Positions 17,361-26,913 are shown, numbered from the stretch's first letter. The stretch: DNA of 64,000 nucleotides from Planctomycetes bacterium ADurb.Bin069 (GCA_002070955.1 MWEK01000001.1:80103-144102), one strand, 5' to 3'. Translations and numbers: made by a program. Notes: generated by a model from the letters alone, not told the origin.

Positions 17361-17703
17361 CGTCGCCCTCGCCCCGATAGGCGACGAAGCACCGGTCGCT
17401 CTCCCAGACGCGCACCTCCTCCAACGGCAGGCCGTCGAGGGCGCGCCAGACCCACTGGGCGATCCGTTCCGCCGAAGGATCGGGCAGGACGGCGTTTAGA
17501 TCGGAGTGATCCAGCGTGGAAAGCACGCGCTCGCCCACCACGCGGTCCAATTCCGCGAAATCGAAGGCGATGCCGCCGGCCCGGACGGGGGCGCGCACCG
17601 TGACCCGCAACCGCCAGGTGTGCCCGTGCAGGCGCTCGCACTTGCCCCGGTACTCCGGGAGCCTGTGCGCCCCGGAGAACGTGAACTCCCTGCTGACGCG
17701 CAT
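17353..17703 (-). CDS. queD: 6-carboxy-5,6,7,8-tetrahydropterin synthase QueD
   Basis: MRVSREFTFSGAHRL...CERLHGHTW. ATG at 17703 chosen within a longer track ORF. Confidence 0.85.
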   Translation of the reverse strand: MRVSREFTFSGAHRLPEYRGKCERLHGHTWRLRVTVRAPVRAGGIAFDFAELDRVVGERVLSTLDHSDLNAVLPDPSAERIAQWVWRALDGLPLEEVRVWESDRCFVAYRGEGDDA

Positions 17704-17710
17704 GCCGCCC

Positions 17711-18637
17711 CTATTCGCGCCGCTCGATGAACCGCGAAGCGGCGATGGCCGCCATGCAGCCCGAGCCCGCCGCGGTGACGGCCTGGCGGTAGACGGGATC
17801 CTGCACGTCGCCGCAGGCGAAAACGCCCTCGACGCTGGTAGCCGTTCCGTCGCGAGTGATGATATAGCCGCCCTGATCCAGCTCGAGCTGGCCCTTGAAC
17901 AGCGCGGTGTTCGGCGTGTGCCCGACGGCGACGAAGACGCCGTCGCAGGGGGCATCCCGCTCCTCGGCGGTGCGCACATCCTTCAGGCGCACCCCCGTCA
18001 CGCGGCCTTCTTCGGCGCCGTGGATGTCCGCGATGACGGTATGCCACCGCACCGTGATCTTCGGGTGCGAGAGCACCTTGTGCTGCATGATCTTGCTGGC
18101 CCGCAGCTCTCCCCGCCGGTGGACCAGCGTGATCGCCGCGGCGAAGCGCGTGAGGAAGAGCGCATCCTCCGCCGCCGAATCGCCGCCGCCCACCACCACG
18201 AGGTTCTTGCCCCGGAAGAAGGCGCCGTCGCAGGTGGCGCAGGTGCTCACTCCGCGGGCCAAGAGGCGCTCCTCGTTGGGCAGTCCCAGCATGCGCGGGG
18301 AGGCGCCCGTGGCAATGATGAGCGTGTCGGCCTCGCGGCGCTCGTCCTCCAGCGTGATCGCGAAGGGCCGCCGGCGCAAATCGACGGAGGTCGCGTCCTT
18401 GCCGTCGATGAATTCCGCGCCGAAGCGCGCCGCTTGCGCGCGGAACTTCTCCATAAGCTCGGCTCCGAGAACGCCTTCGGGGAAGCCGGGGAAGTTCTCC
18501 ACCTCGGTGGTGCGGGTGAGCTGGCCGCCGGACAACATGCCCGCCACCACGACGGGCGCCAAGTCGGCGCGGGCCGCGTACAGCGCGGCGGTAAGACCCG
18601 CCGGCCCGCTGCCGAGGATGACTAGCTTGGGCGTCAT
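17711..18637 (-). CDS. trxB: thioredoxin-disulfide reductase
   Basis: ILGSGPAG, the CATCDG redox motif, VVGGGDSA. Confidence 0.9.
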   Translation of the reverse strand: MTPKLVILGSGPAGLTAALYAARADLAPVVVAGMLSGGQLTRTTEVENFPGFPEGVLGAELMEKFRAQAARFGAEFIDGKDATSVDLRRRPFAITLEDERREADTLIIATGASPRMLGLPNEERLLARGVSTCATCDGAFFRGKNLVVVGGGDSAAEDALFLTRFAAAITLVHRRGELRASKIMQHKVLSHPKITVRWHTVIADIHGAEEGRVTGVRLKDVRTAEERDAPCDGVFVAVGHTPNTALFKGQLELDQGGYIITRDGTATSVEGVFACGDVQDPVYRQAVTAAGSGCMAAIAASRFIERRE

Positions 18638-18775
18638 TACAGTTGCTCCCTTGCGGTTCCGGAACGAGGCTGCGCCGCCTGCGGCGACGGCGGCGCCACG
18701 ATTGTACCTCAGGCGGGGGGCGCACCGCCACGGAAAGGCCGGACGGGAAGCGCGACGCCGGGGGGCAGGGAGGCG

Positions 18776-19279
18776 CTACACGTTTTCCGGGGTGCTGCGG
18801 TGCCCGCTGCGCGGCTCGTGCTCGCCGGTCTTGCGCTCGCCCAGGCAGGAATCGCGCTGGAGGGGGTAGCGGGCCATGTCCTCGTCGTTGTGATCCTTGT
18901 CAATCTCGTGCCAGTACATGACCTCCTTGTCGCCGGGCCGCCAGCACAGGAAGACGAGGCGGTTATCCTTCTCCGAGAAGAAATCGACCCAGCCGCGCTC
19001 CGAATCCTTCAGAATGCCCCCCAGGGATGCAATCTCGCGCCGGAGATCGTCGAGGTCGGTGTCCATGGCGCCGAGTTCCATCCGTATTCTCTCGACGGTC
19101 TCCTCGACCTCGCGGGACATGACTTTCCGGAAGCAGTTCCTGAAGTACGCGAACCGTTTTTCGTTGCGCTTGCGCTCCCGATGGACCGTGCGGATGTCCC
19201 GCACGATCCGCTTCACCAGCGGGAGCCGGTTATTGACCTCCACGGAGGAGAGGATCTCCAAGCGGTGCCTTTTTTTCAT
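18776..19279 (-). CDS. DUF2203-family protein
   Basis: GGILKDSERGWVDFFSEKDNRLVFLCWRPGDKEVMYWHE matches my recollection of the DUF2203 core. The gene is slightly lower in GC than its neighbours. Confidence 0.6.
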   Translation of the reverse strand: MKKRHRLEILSSVEVNNRLPLVKRIVRDIRTVHRERKRNEKRFAYFRNCFRKVMSREVEETVERIRMELGAMDTDLDDLRREIASLGGILKDSERGWVDFFSEKDNRLVFLCWRPGDKEVMYWHEIDKDHNDEDMARYPLQRDSCLGERKTGEHEPRSGHRSTPENV

Positions 19280-19560
19280 GCGAAACCTCGCTGTTCTCGG
19301 GCACTAAGCTCCATCGTAGAGGCCGCCCGGCAAAAAAGCAAAGCCTTTTTCAACCTCGCGTCCCTTTTCTACCCGCCGCCTTCGCGCCAAGACCGCCGCA
19401 CGGCGCCTTGGATCCTGTCGTGAAGCGCCGCGGCGCGAAGGAGGCGGCCGCCTTGACGTCCTGTCATTTTTTTCCGGCGGCGCAAGCTCGCGACGATCCG
19501 CTCCGCGGCCGCGCGCCGCCGGTCCGGCGGCGCGGCGCGCGAACGCGTCTAACCTCCCGC

Positions 19561-19579
19561 CGGTCTAGGCCTTAGACCG
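19561..19579. promoter_or_regulatory. 7-bp inverted repeat CGGTCTA-N5-TAGACCG just upstream of a promoter (candidate operator)
   Basis: Perfect arms at 19561-19567 and 19573-19579. It ends 17 nt before the -35 element at 19597. Confidence 0.45.
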
Positions 19580-19596
19580 TGCGCCGCGGCTGAACG

Positions 19597-19625
19597 TTGT
19601 CAGCGGCGCTGCGCGCCTCTATAAT
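19597..19625 (+). promoter_or_regulatory. sigma70-type promoter (TTGTCA-17 nt-TATAAT) for the dockerin-protein gene
   Basis: TTGTCA at 19597-19602, a 17-nt spacer, then TATAAT at 19620-19625. It lies about 80 nt upstream of the ATG at 19706. Confidence 0.6.
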
Positions 19626-19705
19626 TGACCCTTGTCGCTCATGGGTCTGTTTTACGGCCGCCGTACGCTGTAGGCACGGCGGACGGCCCCCGCACTTGAG
19701 AGAGC

Positions 19706-21817
19706 ATGTTTCGCAGAGGAGTGCACACCGTGAAACGAGCTTGGCTGTGTCTCATGGTCGGCGCGTCAATGGCGCTGGGCGCCGCGGGCGACCTGCTCGG
19801 AACGAAGTCCTTCCCGAACCAAAGGTGGAGCGATGTCGCCTTCGCCCCCGACGGCACCGTCTGGGCCTTGGGCGAAGCGGACGGTTTGATCCACCATTTA
19901 TCCGCAGCGCTCGAGCTCACGGGAACGATTCCGCATCCCTTCGGCGCGGCCGCGCCCATGCCGCCCTTCAGGCCGGTCTGCCGCGGCCTTGCCCACGACG
20001 GCGCGCAATCCAATCTCATCGTCCTCAACGGCAGCACTTTCGAGATCGCGCGGGTCAATCCCGCCGACGGCGCGCAGATCGGCGCCTACGTCCTGCTCCA
20101 GCCTCCCGCCGGGGCCGCCCTCGCTGGTCTGGCCTTCGATGCCTCGGGCAACGTGCTTTGGTCGGTGGACTCGGAAAACGACCGCGTGCTCGGCTTCGAT
20201 CCCGCGACCGGCGCGCTGCTCAAGAGCAATCCCTTCCCCGGCGATGCGCCCCCGGAGGCCTATCTGCACGGAACGGCGCTCGCTTACGTGACCCGGACCG
20301 AAGGTCAATTTCTGTACGTTCCCTGGGGCGACATCTTCGCGGGCCGCGCCGACACGGTGGCGATCCTCAACGCCGCGGACGGCGCGGCGTATCCCTTCGA
20401 AATCCCCTTGGCCGCCGCGGGCGCCGGCGCGATCCGCGGCATTGCCGTGGCCGGGAACAGCATCCTCGTTCTGCTCTCGCGCACGAACGAGACGGCGATC
20501 GCGAGTCTGAGCGGCGTTTGGCCCTCGTTCCTGCCGGTCTCCAATCTCGCCTGCCGCCCGCAAGAGAACGGCACGGTGGAGTTGACCTGGCGCAACAACG
20601 GCGCCGGGCCGGGCGGCGCCTACACGGAGCTGTCCATTCTCAGGAACGGCGCCGCCGTGGCGCAGCTCGGCGGCGGCGCCGCCGCGTACACCGACACCGC
20701 CGCGCCCGCCGGCGTGATCACCTACACCGTGCGCCCCAGGCAAGGGCTCGAACGCGGCCTCGATCGCAGCCGCACGCTGCGCAACGGCCGCGGCGCCGTG
20801 TTGAGCTGGATTCCCTTCCCCGGGGGCACCGTGTCCGGCATCGCCGTCGATCCCGACACGGGCGACGTCTGGGCGGCGGACTCCAAGGCGATCGACGCGA
20901 AGCTCTATCGCCTCCGGCATTTCACCCCGGATCTCGTCCAGGTGGGATACGTCGATGTGTCGCTCCTGTCGGGCGCGCCGTACGGACTCACCTTTTGGCC
21001 GAACGCGCCCATCGTCGATCCGCCCGAGACCTTGCTAATGCTGGGGAACGACGCCACCAACGCCGTGCAGAAGCTGCGCCGGAACGGAACGGCCGTGGGC
21101 GGCGCCGTGCCGCTGCAGCTCCCGGCGGGCGGACCCAACGACCCGCCGCCGAAAGTGGGCTCCTTGGCCTTCGACCCCGGCAACGGCGACCACTTCTTGA
21201 GCGTGCTGGATGACAATCTCCACCGCATCGTTTGGGTGGACCGCTACGGCTTCCCGCCCAACCCGGGCAACACGGAACTGCGCCGCCTGTGCACCCCGGC
21301 GGGGCTCTATCAGGCGACGCCCCACCGCGGCCTGGATCGGTGCCCCCAGAGCGGGCACTTGCACTTCGGCGTGGCCGGCGCGGCGATCCGCGAGGTCGAC
21401 TCCCATTGCAACGTCACGACCTTCGATCTCCAGGCTTATGTTCCCGCCGGACACCGCCAGGCGGACCAGATCAGGGATTTCGCCTACCGCGGGAACATCG
21501 TGTACGTGGCCAGCCCCGCCAACAACGCGATCTTCCGGATTCTCGCGTTCCCGACGGGAAGGCCGTTCGTGCGGGGCGACGCCGACGAAAGCGGAGCCGT
21601 CAACGTCGCCGACGTCGTGTCCGTCCTCATGTATCTTTTCGAGAAGGGGCCCGACATTACCTGTAAGGACGCCGCGGATGTGAACGACGACGGCAGGATC
21701 GACATCTCCGACACGGTGTACCTGCTCTTTTACCTCTTCGGCGAAGGACCGCCTCCCCCGGCGCCGTTTCCCGAGCCGGGGACGGATCCGACGTTGGCCG
21801 ATGAACTGTCGTGCTGA
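19706..21817 (+). CDS. secreted beta-propeller-like / Fn3-like protein with C-terminal dockerin module
   Basis: 703 aa. Signal peptide (AWLCLMVGASMALGAAGD). Fn3-like segment (VELTWRNNGAG...YTVRP). The C-terminus carries two EF-hand-like dockerin repeats, GDADESGAVNVADVVSVLMYLF and DVNDDGRIDISDTVYLLFYLF, followed by a PPPP linker and the ADELSC end. Confidence 0.7.
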   Translation: MFRRGVHTVKRAWLCLMVGASMALGAAGDLLGTKSFPNQRWSDVAFAPDGTVWALGEADGLIHHLSAALELTGTIPHPFGAAAPMPPFRPVCRGLAHDGAQSNLIVLNGSTFEIARVNPADGAQIGAYVLLQPPAGAALAGLAFDASGNVLWSVDSENDRVLGFDPATGALLKSNPFPGDAPPEAYLHGTALAYVTRTEGQFLYVPWGDIFAGRADTVAILNAADGAAYPFEIPLAAAGAGAIRGIAVAGNSILVLLSRTNETAIASLSGVWPSFLPVSNLACRPQENGTVELTWRNNGAGPGGAYTELSILRNGAAVAQLGGGAAAYTDTAAPAGVITYTVRPRQGLERGLDRSRTLRNGRGAVLSWIPFPGGTVSGIAVDPDTGDVWAADSKAIDAKLYRLRHFTPDLVQVGYVDVSLLSGAPYGLTFWPNAPIVDPPETLLMLGNDATNAVQKLRRNGTAVGGAVPLQLPAGGPNDPPPKVGSLAFDPGNGDHFLSVLDDNLHRIVWVDRYGFPPNPGNTELRRLCTPAGLYQATPHRGLDRCPQSGHLHFGVAGAAIREVDSHCNVTTFDLQAYVPAGHRQADQIRDFAYRGNIVYVASPANNAIFRILAFPTGRPFVRGDADESGAVNVADVVSVLMYLFEKGPDITCKDAADVNDDGRIDISDTVYLLFYLFGEGPPPPAPFPEPGTDPTLADELSC

Positions 21818-21897
21818 ACGCGGCGCCTCGGAAAGCCGGCGACCCGGACGCGGCCGTCGCCGGCGGGTCCTGTATCCGTGAAGGCTGGGGAACCGGC

Positions 21898-23265
21898 ATG
21901 ATGCGAGGAACATTGCTTTTCCTAAGCGCGATGGTCTGCGGCGCCGCGTTGTGCGCCGCCGACACGCTGCGCTTCGGCGCGGTCGCCATGGATCCCGGAG
22001 ACGAGGCCGCTCTCCCGGTCTGGGTGCGCAATGCCGAGACCATCCACGGCCTGTCGCTGGCGTTTTCCTACGACGGCAGGCAGCTCCGTGTGCGGGGCTT
22101 CGCCGTCAACGAAGAGTACGTTTCCGCCGACGCCGTCGAGTACATTCAAGTCAACGATGTTCCCGCCGAGAACCACGCCGTGATCGCCGTCCTCTTCATG
22201 TGGGGCGCGCCTTCGGCCTCCTCGGGATTTCCGGCGGCGCCCGACGGGGAGGAGCGCTTGCTCGGGTGGATCGTCTTCGGCAGCACCGAAGCCACGCAGC
22301 CGGCGCCGTACACGATCCTCCCGCGCAACAACCTCGGCGCCCCCCCCATCAGCAACACCTTCGCCGTGAACGGGGGGCACAGCGTGCTGCCGGCGCTGGC
22401 CGCCGGCGTCGTCGAGGTGCGCAATCACAACGTGTTGCGCCTGCGCACCGCCTACGCCCGCCCGGGCGGCTCGGCCCGCATGCTCATCGAGGTCGATCAC
22501 GCCCAGCCCCTGGCGGGGGTTCAAATCGCGCTCGCCTTCGACAACGACGTCCTGCGCCTCCGGGAGGATGCGCCGCAGTCGGAAAACCCCTGCGAGCGCT
22601 CCATCAACTATTGCGGCCTCGAGGTCGAGGCGCTTCTCGCCCCGCAGGTCGTCGAGCAGTTCGTGCTGCGCGTCGAGAACGAACTCCTGCCCGGCCGCGG
22701 CTGGGCCGGCTGCGGCATGGTCTTCGATTACCGCCTGCCCTACCAGGATCACGTGTTGCCCGCCGGGCGGGCCCAGAGCATTCTCGCGGCGCATTTCCTC
22801 GTGGCCGGCACGGCGCGGCCCGGCGCGCGCCTCCCCGTGGAGTTCGCCGACGGCCTGGGCGAGCCGCCCATGGACAACAAGGTCCTCGTGGCGCTGCGCG
22901 ACGACGGCGGCCGGGTCCTGGACATCGTCAGCATCGCGCCGGCGTACGAGCAAGGTACGGTGATCGTCGTCGCGGAAGAAGCGGCGTTCCGGCGGGGTTA
23001 CGTCAACGGGGACGACCGCCGCAATGTCGGCGACGTGGTCGCCCTGCTGGGATTCCTATTCGCCGACGGCAGGGAGCCCGCCTGCCTCAAGGCGGCCGAC
23101 GCCAACGACGACGGCAAGCTCAACGTGGCGGATGCCGTCCGGCTGCTCGCTTACCTATTCACCCCGGGCAGCCCGCCGCTGCCGGCGCCATCCGTCGCTT
23201 GCGGTTTCGATCCGACGCCCGACGGCCTGTCCTGCCTGGTCGGCACCCACGAATGCGCGCCGTGA
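21898..23265 (+). CDS. secreted protein with two cohesin-like domains and a C-terminal dockerin module
   Basis: ATG at 21898 (MMRGTLLFLSAMVCGAALCAAD signal). Cohesin-like signatures FGAVAMDPGDEAALPVWVRNAETIHGLSLAFSYDGRQLRV and ARPGGSARMLIEVDHAQPLAGVQIALAFDNDVLRL. C-terminal dockerin NGDDRRNVGDVVALLGFLF...DANDDGKLNVADAVRLLAYLF...DGLSC. Confidence 0.6.
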   Translation: MMRGTLLFLSAMVCGAALCAADTLRFGAVAMDPGDEAALPVWVRNAETIHGLSLAFSYDGRQLRVRGFAVNEEYVSADAVEYIQVNDVPAENHAVIAVLFMWGAPSASSGFPAAPDGEERLLGWIVFGSTEATQPAPYTILPRNNLGAPPISNTFAVNGGHSVLPALAAGVVEVRNHNVLRLRTAYARPGGSARMLIEVDHAQPLAGVQIALAFDNDVLRLREDAPQSENPCERSINYCGLEVEALLAPQVVEQFVLRVENELLPGRGWAGCGMVFDYRLPYQDHVLPAGRAQSILAAHFLVAGTARPGARLPVEFADGLGEPPMDNKVLVALRDDGGRVLDIVSIAPAYEQGTVIVVAEEAAFRRGYVNGDDRRNVGDVVALLGFLFADGREPACLKAADANDDGKLNVADAVRLLAYLFTPGSPPLPAPSVACGFDPTPDGLSCLVGTHECAP

Positions 23266-23332
23266 AATCCTAGGCATCAAACCGCGCTTGTCTGTCTCGG
23301 CCCGGGTTCGCGGCCGGGGCGCCCCGGGGGAT

Positions 23333-24082
23333 TCACGCGCCCGCGGGCGCGTCCAACACCCCCGCGGGATCATGAAGGAACCGGAGGTACTCGCCCCGCG
23401 TCCGGAGGCTCCGCACGGCGGGATGCGGCCTTTCCGGCCCGGCCGGAGGGGATGTTCGCAAAGCCCAAGTCCATACGGGCCGCAGCCCCGCTCTCAGCGC
23501 TCCCTCCACATCGACCCGGTAATCATCGCCCACATAAGCCATACGCTCTCCGCGCCCGGGGAGCCCGCGCAGAATCGCTTCGAAGCAGCGGGGGTCCGGT
23601 TTGGCGTACCCCACCTCCCGGGAAACGATGACTTTCGCGAATAGGCCGTGGACTCCGTCGCGACGGAGCACGCGGTGAATCGGTTCGGACAGGAGGTAGT
23701 TGGAGAGTAGGCCCAGGCGGCAGCGCGCCGCGAGAGCCGGCAGCGCCGCGCCGATCTCGGCGTCCACCCGCACGTGCCTGACGAAGCTTGCGACGGCGCA
23801 GGCCTCGATTTCGGCGCACAGCGCCGGCTCCGGCCCGCGGCCGGCGGCGGCGAGGACCCGCTGGAGACGCGCGCCGAAATCGTGCTCCTCGCCCGACAGC
23901 GCCGACCGCGCGAAGTCCGCTTCGCGCTCCGCGAGCCACAGAGCCGTGAACTCCGCCGCGTCGATGCCGGCGCGCCGTTCGGCGCACGCGGCGATATCCG
24001 CGGTGATCGACGCCGCTTCACCCTCGTTGAAGGGCGCCAGCGTGTTGCCGAAATCGAAGATGATCGTCCAGGATGCTTCCAT
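23333..24082 (-). CDS. HAD-superfamily hydrolase
   Basis: MEASWTIIFDFGNTL (DxG-type motif I variant), LLSN, KPDPRCF, YVGDD. ATG at 24082 chosen within a longer track ORF. Confidence 0.7.
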   Translation of the reverse strand: MEASWTIIFDFGNTLAPFNEGEAASITADIAACAERRAGIDAAEFTALWLAEREADFARSALSGEEHDFGARLQRVLAAAGRGPEPALCAEIEACAVASFVRHVRVDAEIGAALPALAARCRLGLLSNYLLSEPIHRVLRRDGVHGLFAKVIVSREVGYAKPDPRCFEAILRGLPGRGERMAYVGDDYRVDVEGALRAGLRPVWTWALRTSPPAGPERPHPAVRSLRTRGEYLRFLHDPAGVLDAPAGA

Positions 24083-24233
24083 GGGAGCCCTGCTCCGGCG
24101 CGAGACCGCGCGGCGCGCGCGCAGTCCGCGGTGGTCGTCCGCGGCGGAGTGTAGCCCACCGGCCCGCCGGCCGCAACCGCGCCGTCCGCCGAGAAAAAAC
24201 GCCGCGGCGGAGGATCGGATCGTGTCCTTGCCC

Positions 24234-25823
24234 TCAGGCCGGCGGCGCGAAACGCGCGATGACCGCATCCGCGGCGCGCTTTCCGTCCAGGGCCGAGCTC
24301 GTGATGCCGCTGGCATAGCCCGAGCCTTCCCCGCAGGGATACAACCCGGCGATGCCCGCGCTCTCCCCCGTCGCGGTTCGAAGAACCCGGAGCGGCGAGG
24401 ACACGCGCGATTCCACGCCGATGAGCACGGCGTCGCCCGCCGCGAATCCGCGGAGCAGCGTGTCGAAATGCGCCAGCGCGGCGCGGATCGACGCGCCCGC
24501 CGGCGAGGGCAGAAGCTCCGCCAGCGGCGCCGCGCGCAGCCCGAGCCGGTAGGAGGATGCTCCGGGCAGCGCGCGCGAGAAAGTCCCCGCCGTGAAATCC
24601 GCCGCCCGCTGCGCCGGCGCGCTCCAATCCCCGCCTCCCGCCTCGAAGGCGCGCGCCTCGATCCCGGCCCGGAAGGCGAGCACTTCCCGGTACGCGGCCG
24701 CGGGCGCCGCCAGCGTCGTGATCAACGCGCTGTTGGCGAAGCGTCTCCGCCGGTACGAATAGCTCATGCCGTTGGTGCCGAGCCTCCCGCGGCACGGCGC
24801 GATCGGTACGACCTCGCCTCCGGGACACATGCAGAAAGTGGTCACCCCCGGGAATCCCTTCTCTCGCCCGTGCCACGTGAGCCGATAGCTCGCGGCAGGG
24901 AGGGCGGAATGGCCTGCGCGCGCCCCATAGCGCCACCGGTCCACCGCCTCCTGGTCGTGCTCGATTCTCACGCCGATCTGGTAGGGCCGCGTGTCGACGA
25001 TGCCGCCTGCGCCGGCCACGAGGTCGTACGTCTCGTCGGCATGTTGTCCGGGCGCCCAGATGACCGCTCCGGCGGGCATCCATTCCCCTCCGGCCCTCAA
25101 CGCGACCAGACGTCCCGCCTCGACCTTGAGCCCATCGACCCGGCAGCGCCAGCGCACCTCGCCTCCCGCGGCCAGGATGCGCGCGCGCAGCTCCGGGACG
25201 ACGACCCGGAGGCGGTCCGTGCCGATGTGGGGTTGAGCGTCGACGAGAATGTCGTCCTGCGCCCCGCAGCGCACCAGCAGGCGATGCCACGCGGACACCC
25301 CCGGGCGGCCGACGCGCGTGAACAGCTTCCCATCGGAGTAGGTCCCCGCGCCGCCCTCGCCGAAGAGAAGATTGGCTTCCGGATCGAGGACGCGGCGGCG
25401 GAAGAACCGCCTGACGGCGGCGACGCGGTCGGCGAGTGCCGGGCCTTGCTCGCAGATGAGCGGCCGGTATCCGGCGACGGCCAGACAGTAGGCGGCGTAT
25501 AGGCCCGCGGGGCCGGCCCCCACCACCAGCACCCGGCCCGGGAGCGGCGTGTTCCCGGGCTGCGGCTTATCGTCGCGCGGCTCCGGCGCGGCGGAGGCCA
25601 CGCCGCGAAACCGCGATCGGAGCCGCCGCTCGTCATCGACTTCGATCTCGAGGTTGTAAAGGAACGCGAGCGGACGCCCCGGGCGGGCATCGATGGATCG
25701 CCGGCAGGGCCGCAAGGAACGGGGCGGGCACCCGCGCGCGGCGAGCCTGCGCGCGACTCGGGCCAGAAAGTCCTCTTCCGGCTCGTCGAGCGGCCGTGCG
25801 ACCTGCCGGAGAATCAGCGCCAC
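24234..25823 (-). CDS. FAD-dependent oxidoreductase (COG2509-like uncharacterised dehydrogenase)
   Basis: VLVVGAGPAGLYAA dinucleotide-binding motif. An N-terminal small domain ends in SIDARP. C-terminal CGEGSGYASGI. Confidence 0.8.
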   Translation of the reverse strand: MALILRQVARPLDEPEEDFLARVARRLAARGCPPRSLRPCRRSIDARPGRPLAFLYNLEIEVDDERRLRSRFRGVASAAPEPRDDKPQPGNTPLPGRVLVVGAGPAGLYAAYCLAVAGYRPLICEQGPALADRVAAVRRFFRRRVLDPEANLLFGEGGAGTYSDGKLFTRVGRPGVSAWHRLLVRCGAQDDILVDAQPHIGTDRLRVVVPELRARILAAGGEVRWRCRVDGLKVEAGRLVALRAGGEWMPAGAVIWAPGQHADETYDLVAGAGGIVDTRPYQIGVRIEHDQEAVDRWRYGARAGHSALPAASYRLTWHGREKGFPGVTTFCMCPGGEVVPIAPCRGRLGTNGMSYSYRRRRFANSALITTLAAPAAAYREVLAFRAGIEARAFEAGGGDWSAPAQRAADFTAGTFSRALPGASSYRLGLRAAPLAELLPSPAGASIRAALAHFDTLLRGFAAGDAVLIGVESRVSSPLRVLRTATGESAGIAGLYPCGEGSGYASGITSSALDGKRAADAVIARFAPPA

Positions 25824-25852
25824 GGCATGGAGCGGACCGCGCGGAGCCGCCG

Positions 25853-26242
25853 TCAGCGCTTCGAGAACTGGAAGCCGCGCCGGGCGCCGCGCCGCCCGTA
25901 CTTCTTGCGCTCCCGCGCCCGCGCATCGCGGGTCAGGAACTTGCCATCGCGCAGGAGTTTCTCATTCTCCGGGCTGATTCTTGCAAGCGCCCGGGCGATG
26001 CCGAGACGGACGGCGCCGGCCTGGCCGTGCAGCCCCCCGCCGTCGACGTTGATCGTGATGTCGAAGCTCTTCTCGCTCTTGGTGGACACGAGGGGGGCGC
26101 GGGCGAACTCCAGGTATTTGGCGAGGCGGAAGTACTCCGCCGCCTCGCGGTCGTTGATGAACATGCGCCCGCTGCCATCGCTCATGCGCACCCGCGCAAC
26201 CGCGTGCTTTCTGCGTCCGGTGCCCAAGTACAAGCTTGCCAT
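25853..26242 (-). CDS. rpsI: 30S ribosomal protein S9
   Basis: GTGRRKHAVARV...GGGLHGQAGAVRLGIARAL...RERKKYGRRGARRGFQFSKR. Confidence 0.95.
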   Translation of the reverse strand: MASLYLGTGRRKHAVARVRMSDGSGRMFINDREAAEYFRLAKYLEFARAPLVSTKSEKSFDITINVDGGGLHGQAGAVRLGIARALARISPENEKLLRDGKFLTRDARARERKKYGRRGARRGFQFSKR

Positions 26243-26260
26243 GCGTCACTCTCCCATCGT

Positions 26261-26701
26261 TCAGCGCACCGCGGTGTCGAGCTTCTCGAGCTTCTGCGCG
26301 GCATGCGGGTTGTCCGGGCCGGCGTACACCTTCAGCTTCCTGAGCATCTGGCGGCCGAGCACGCGCTTGGGAAGCATGCGTTTGACCGCCAGGTACAGCA
26401 CGCGCTCGGGCCGGCCGGAGGCCAGGATGGCGCCCATCGTCTGCGACTTGAGGCTGCCGTGGTGACGCGAGTCGCGCCAGTAGAGCCGCTGCGTCAGCTT
26501 ACGGCCCGTGACCTTGATCTTCTCGGCATTGGTCACGACGACGAAATCGCCGGTGTCCACGTGGGGCGAGAAGATCGGCTTGTGTTTGCCCATGAGCACG
26601 CGGGCGATCTTGACGGCCAGCCGTCCCAAGATCTTGCCCTCGGCATCGACGTGGTACCACTTGTGCACCACTTCTTCCTTCTTCGGCCAGTAGGTGCGCA
26701 T
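26261..26701 (-). CDS. rplM: 50S ribosomal protein L13
   Basis: KWYHVDAEGKILGRLAVKIARVLMGKHKPIFSPHVDTGDFVVV. Confidence 0.95.
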   Translation of the reverse strand: MRTYWPKKEEVVHKWYHVDAEGKILGRLAVKIARVLMGKHKPIFSPHVDTGDFVVVTNAEKIKVTGRKLTQRLYWRDSRHHGSLKSQTMGAILASGRPERVLYLAVKRMLPKRVLGRQMLRKLKVYAGPDNPHAAQKLEKLDTAVR

Positions 26702-26748
26702 ATCCCACCTGTCAGCGTAACTGCAGTCAAGACCGGGGAAAAGGACCG

Positions 26749-26777
26749 ATCTTAGCCTCCTTGCGACAGGCTGTCAA
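26749..26777 (-). promoter_or_regulatory. sigma70-type promoter (TTGACA-17 nt-TAAGAT) for rplM-rpsI
   Basis: The minus strand reads tacTTGACAgcctgtcgcaaggaggcTAAGATcgg. -35 at 26777..26772 and -10 at 26754..26749, about 45 nt upstream of the rplM start. Confidence 0.6.
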
Positions 26778-26913
26778 GTAGGCGCCGGCGCCGGCGCGAC
26801 GCCCTTGAAAGTACTTCGGGCGCGGAACCGGTCGGCTTGAGAACGCGCGCTACCGCCCCGGCAGGCTCTCTCGAGAGGCTTCCGCCTCGCCGGCGGGCCG
26901 CCGCCGGCGGCGT

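Noticed and set aside
23314-23327. 14-nt perfect palindrome CCGGGGCGCCCCGG between convergent genes, a possible bidirectional terminator
   Set aside because: No T- or A-tract follows on either strand, and the loop would be only 2-4 nt. It cannot be distinguished from chance GC-rich palindromes, so it was not called as a terminator.
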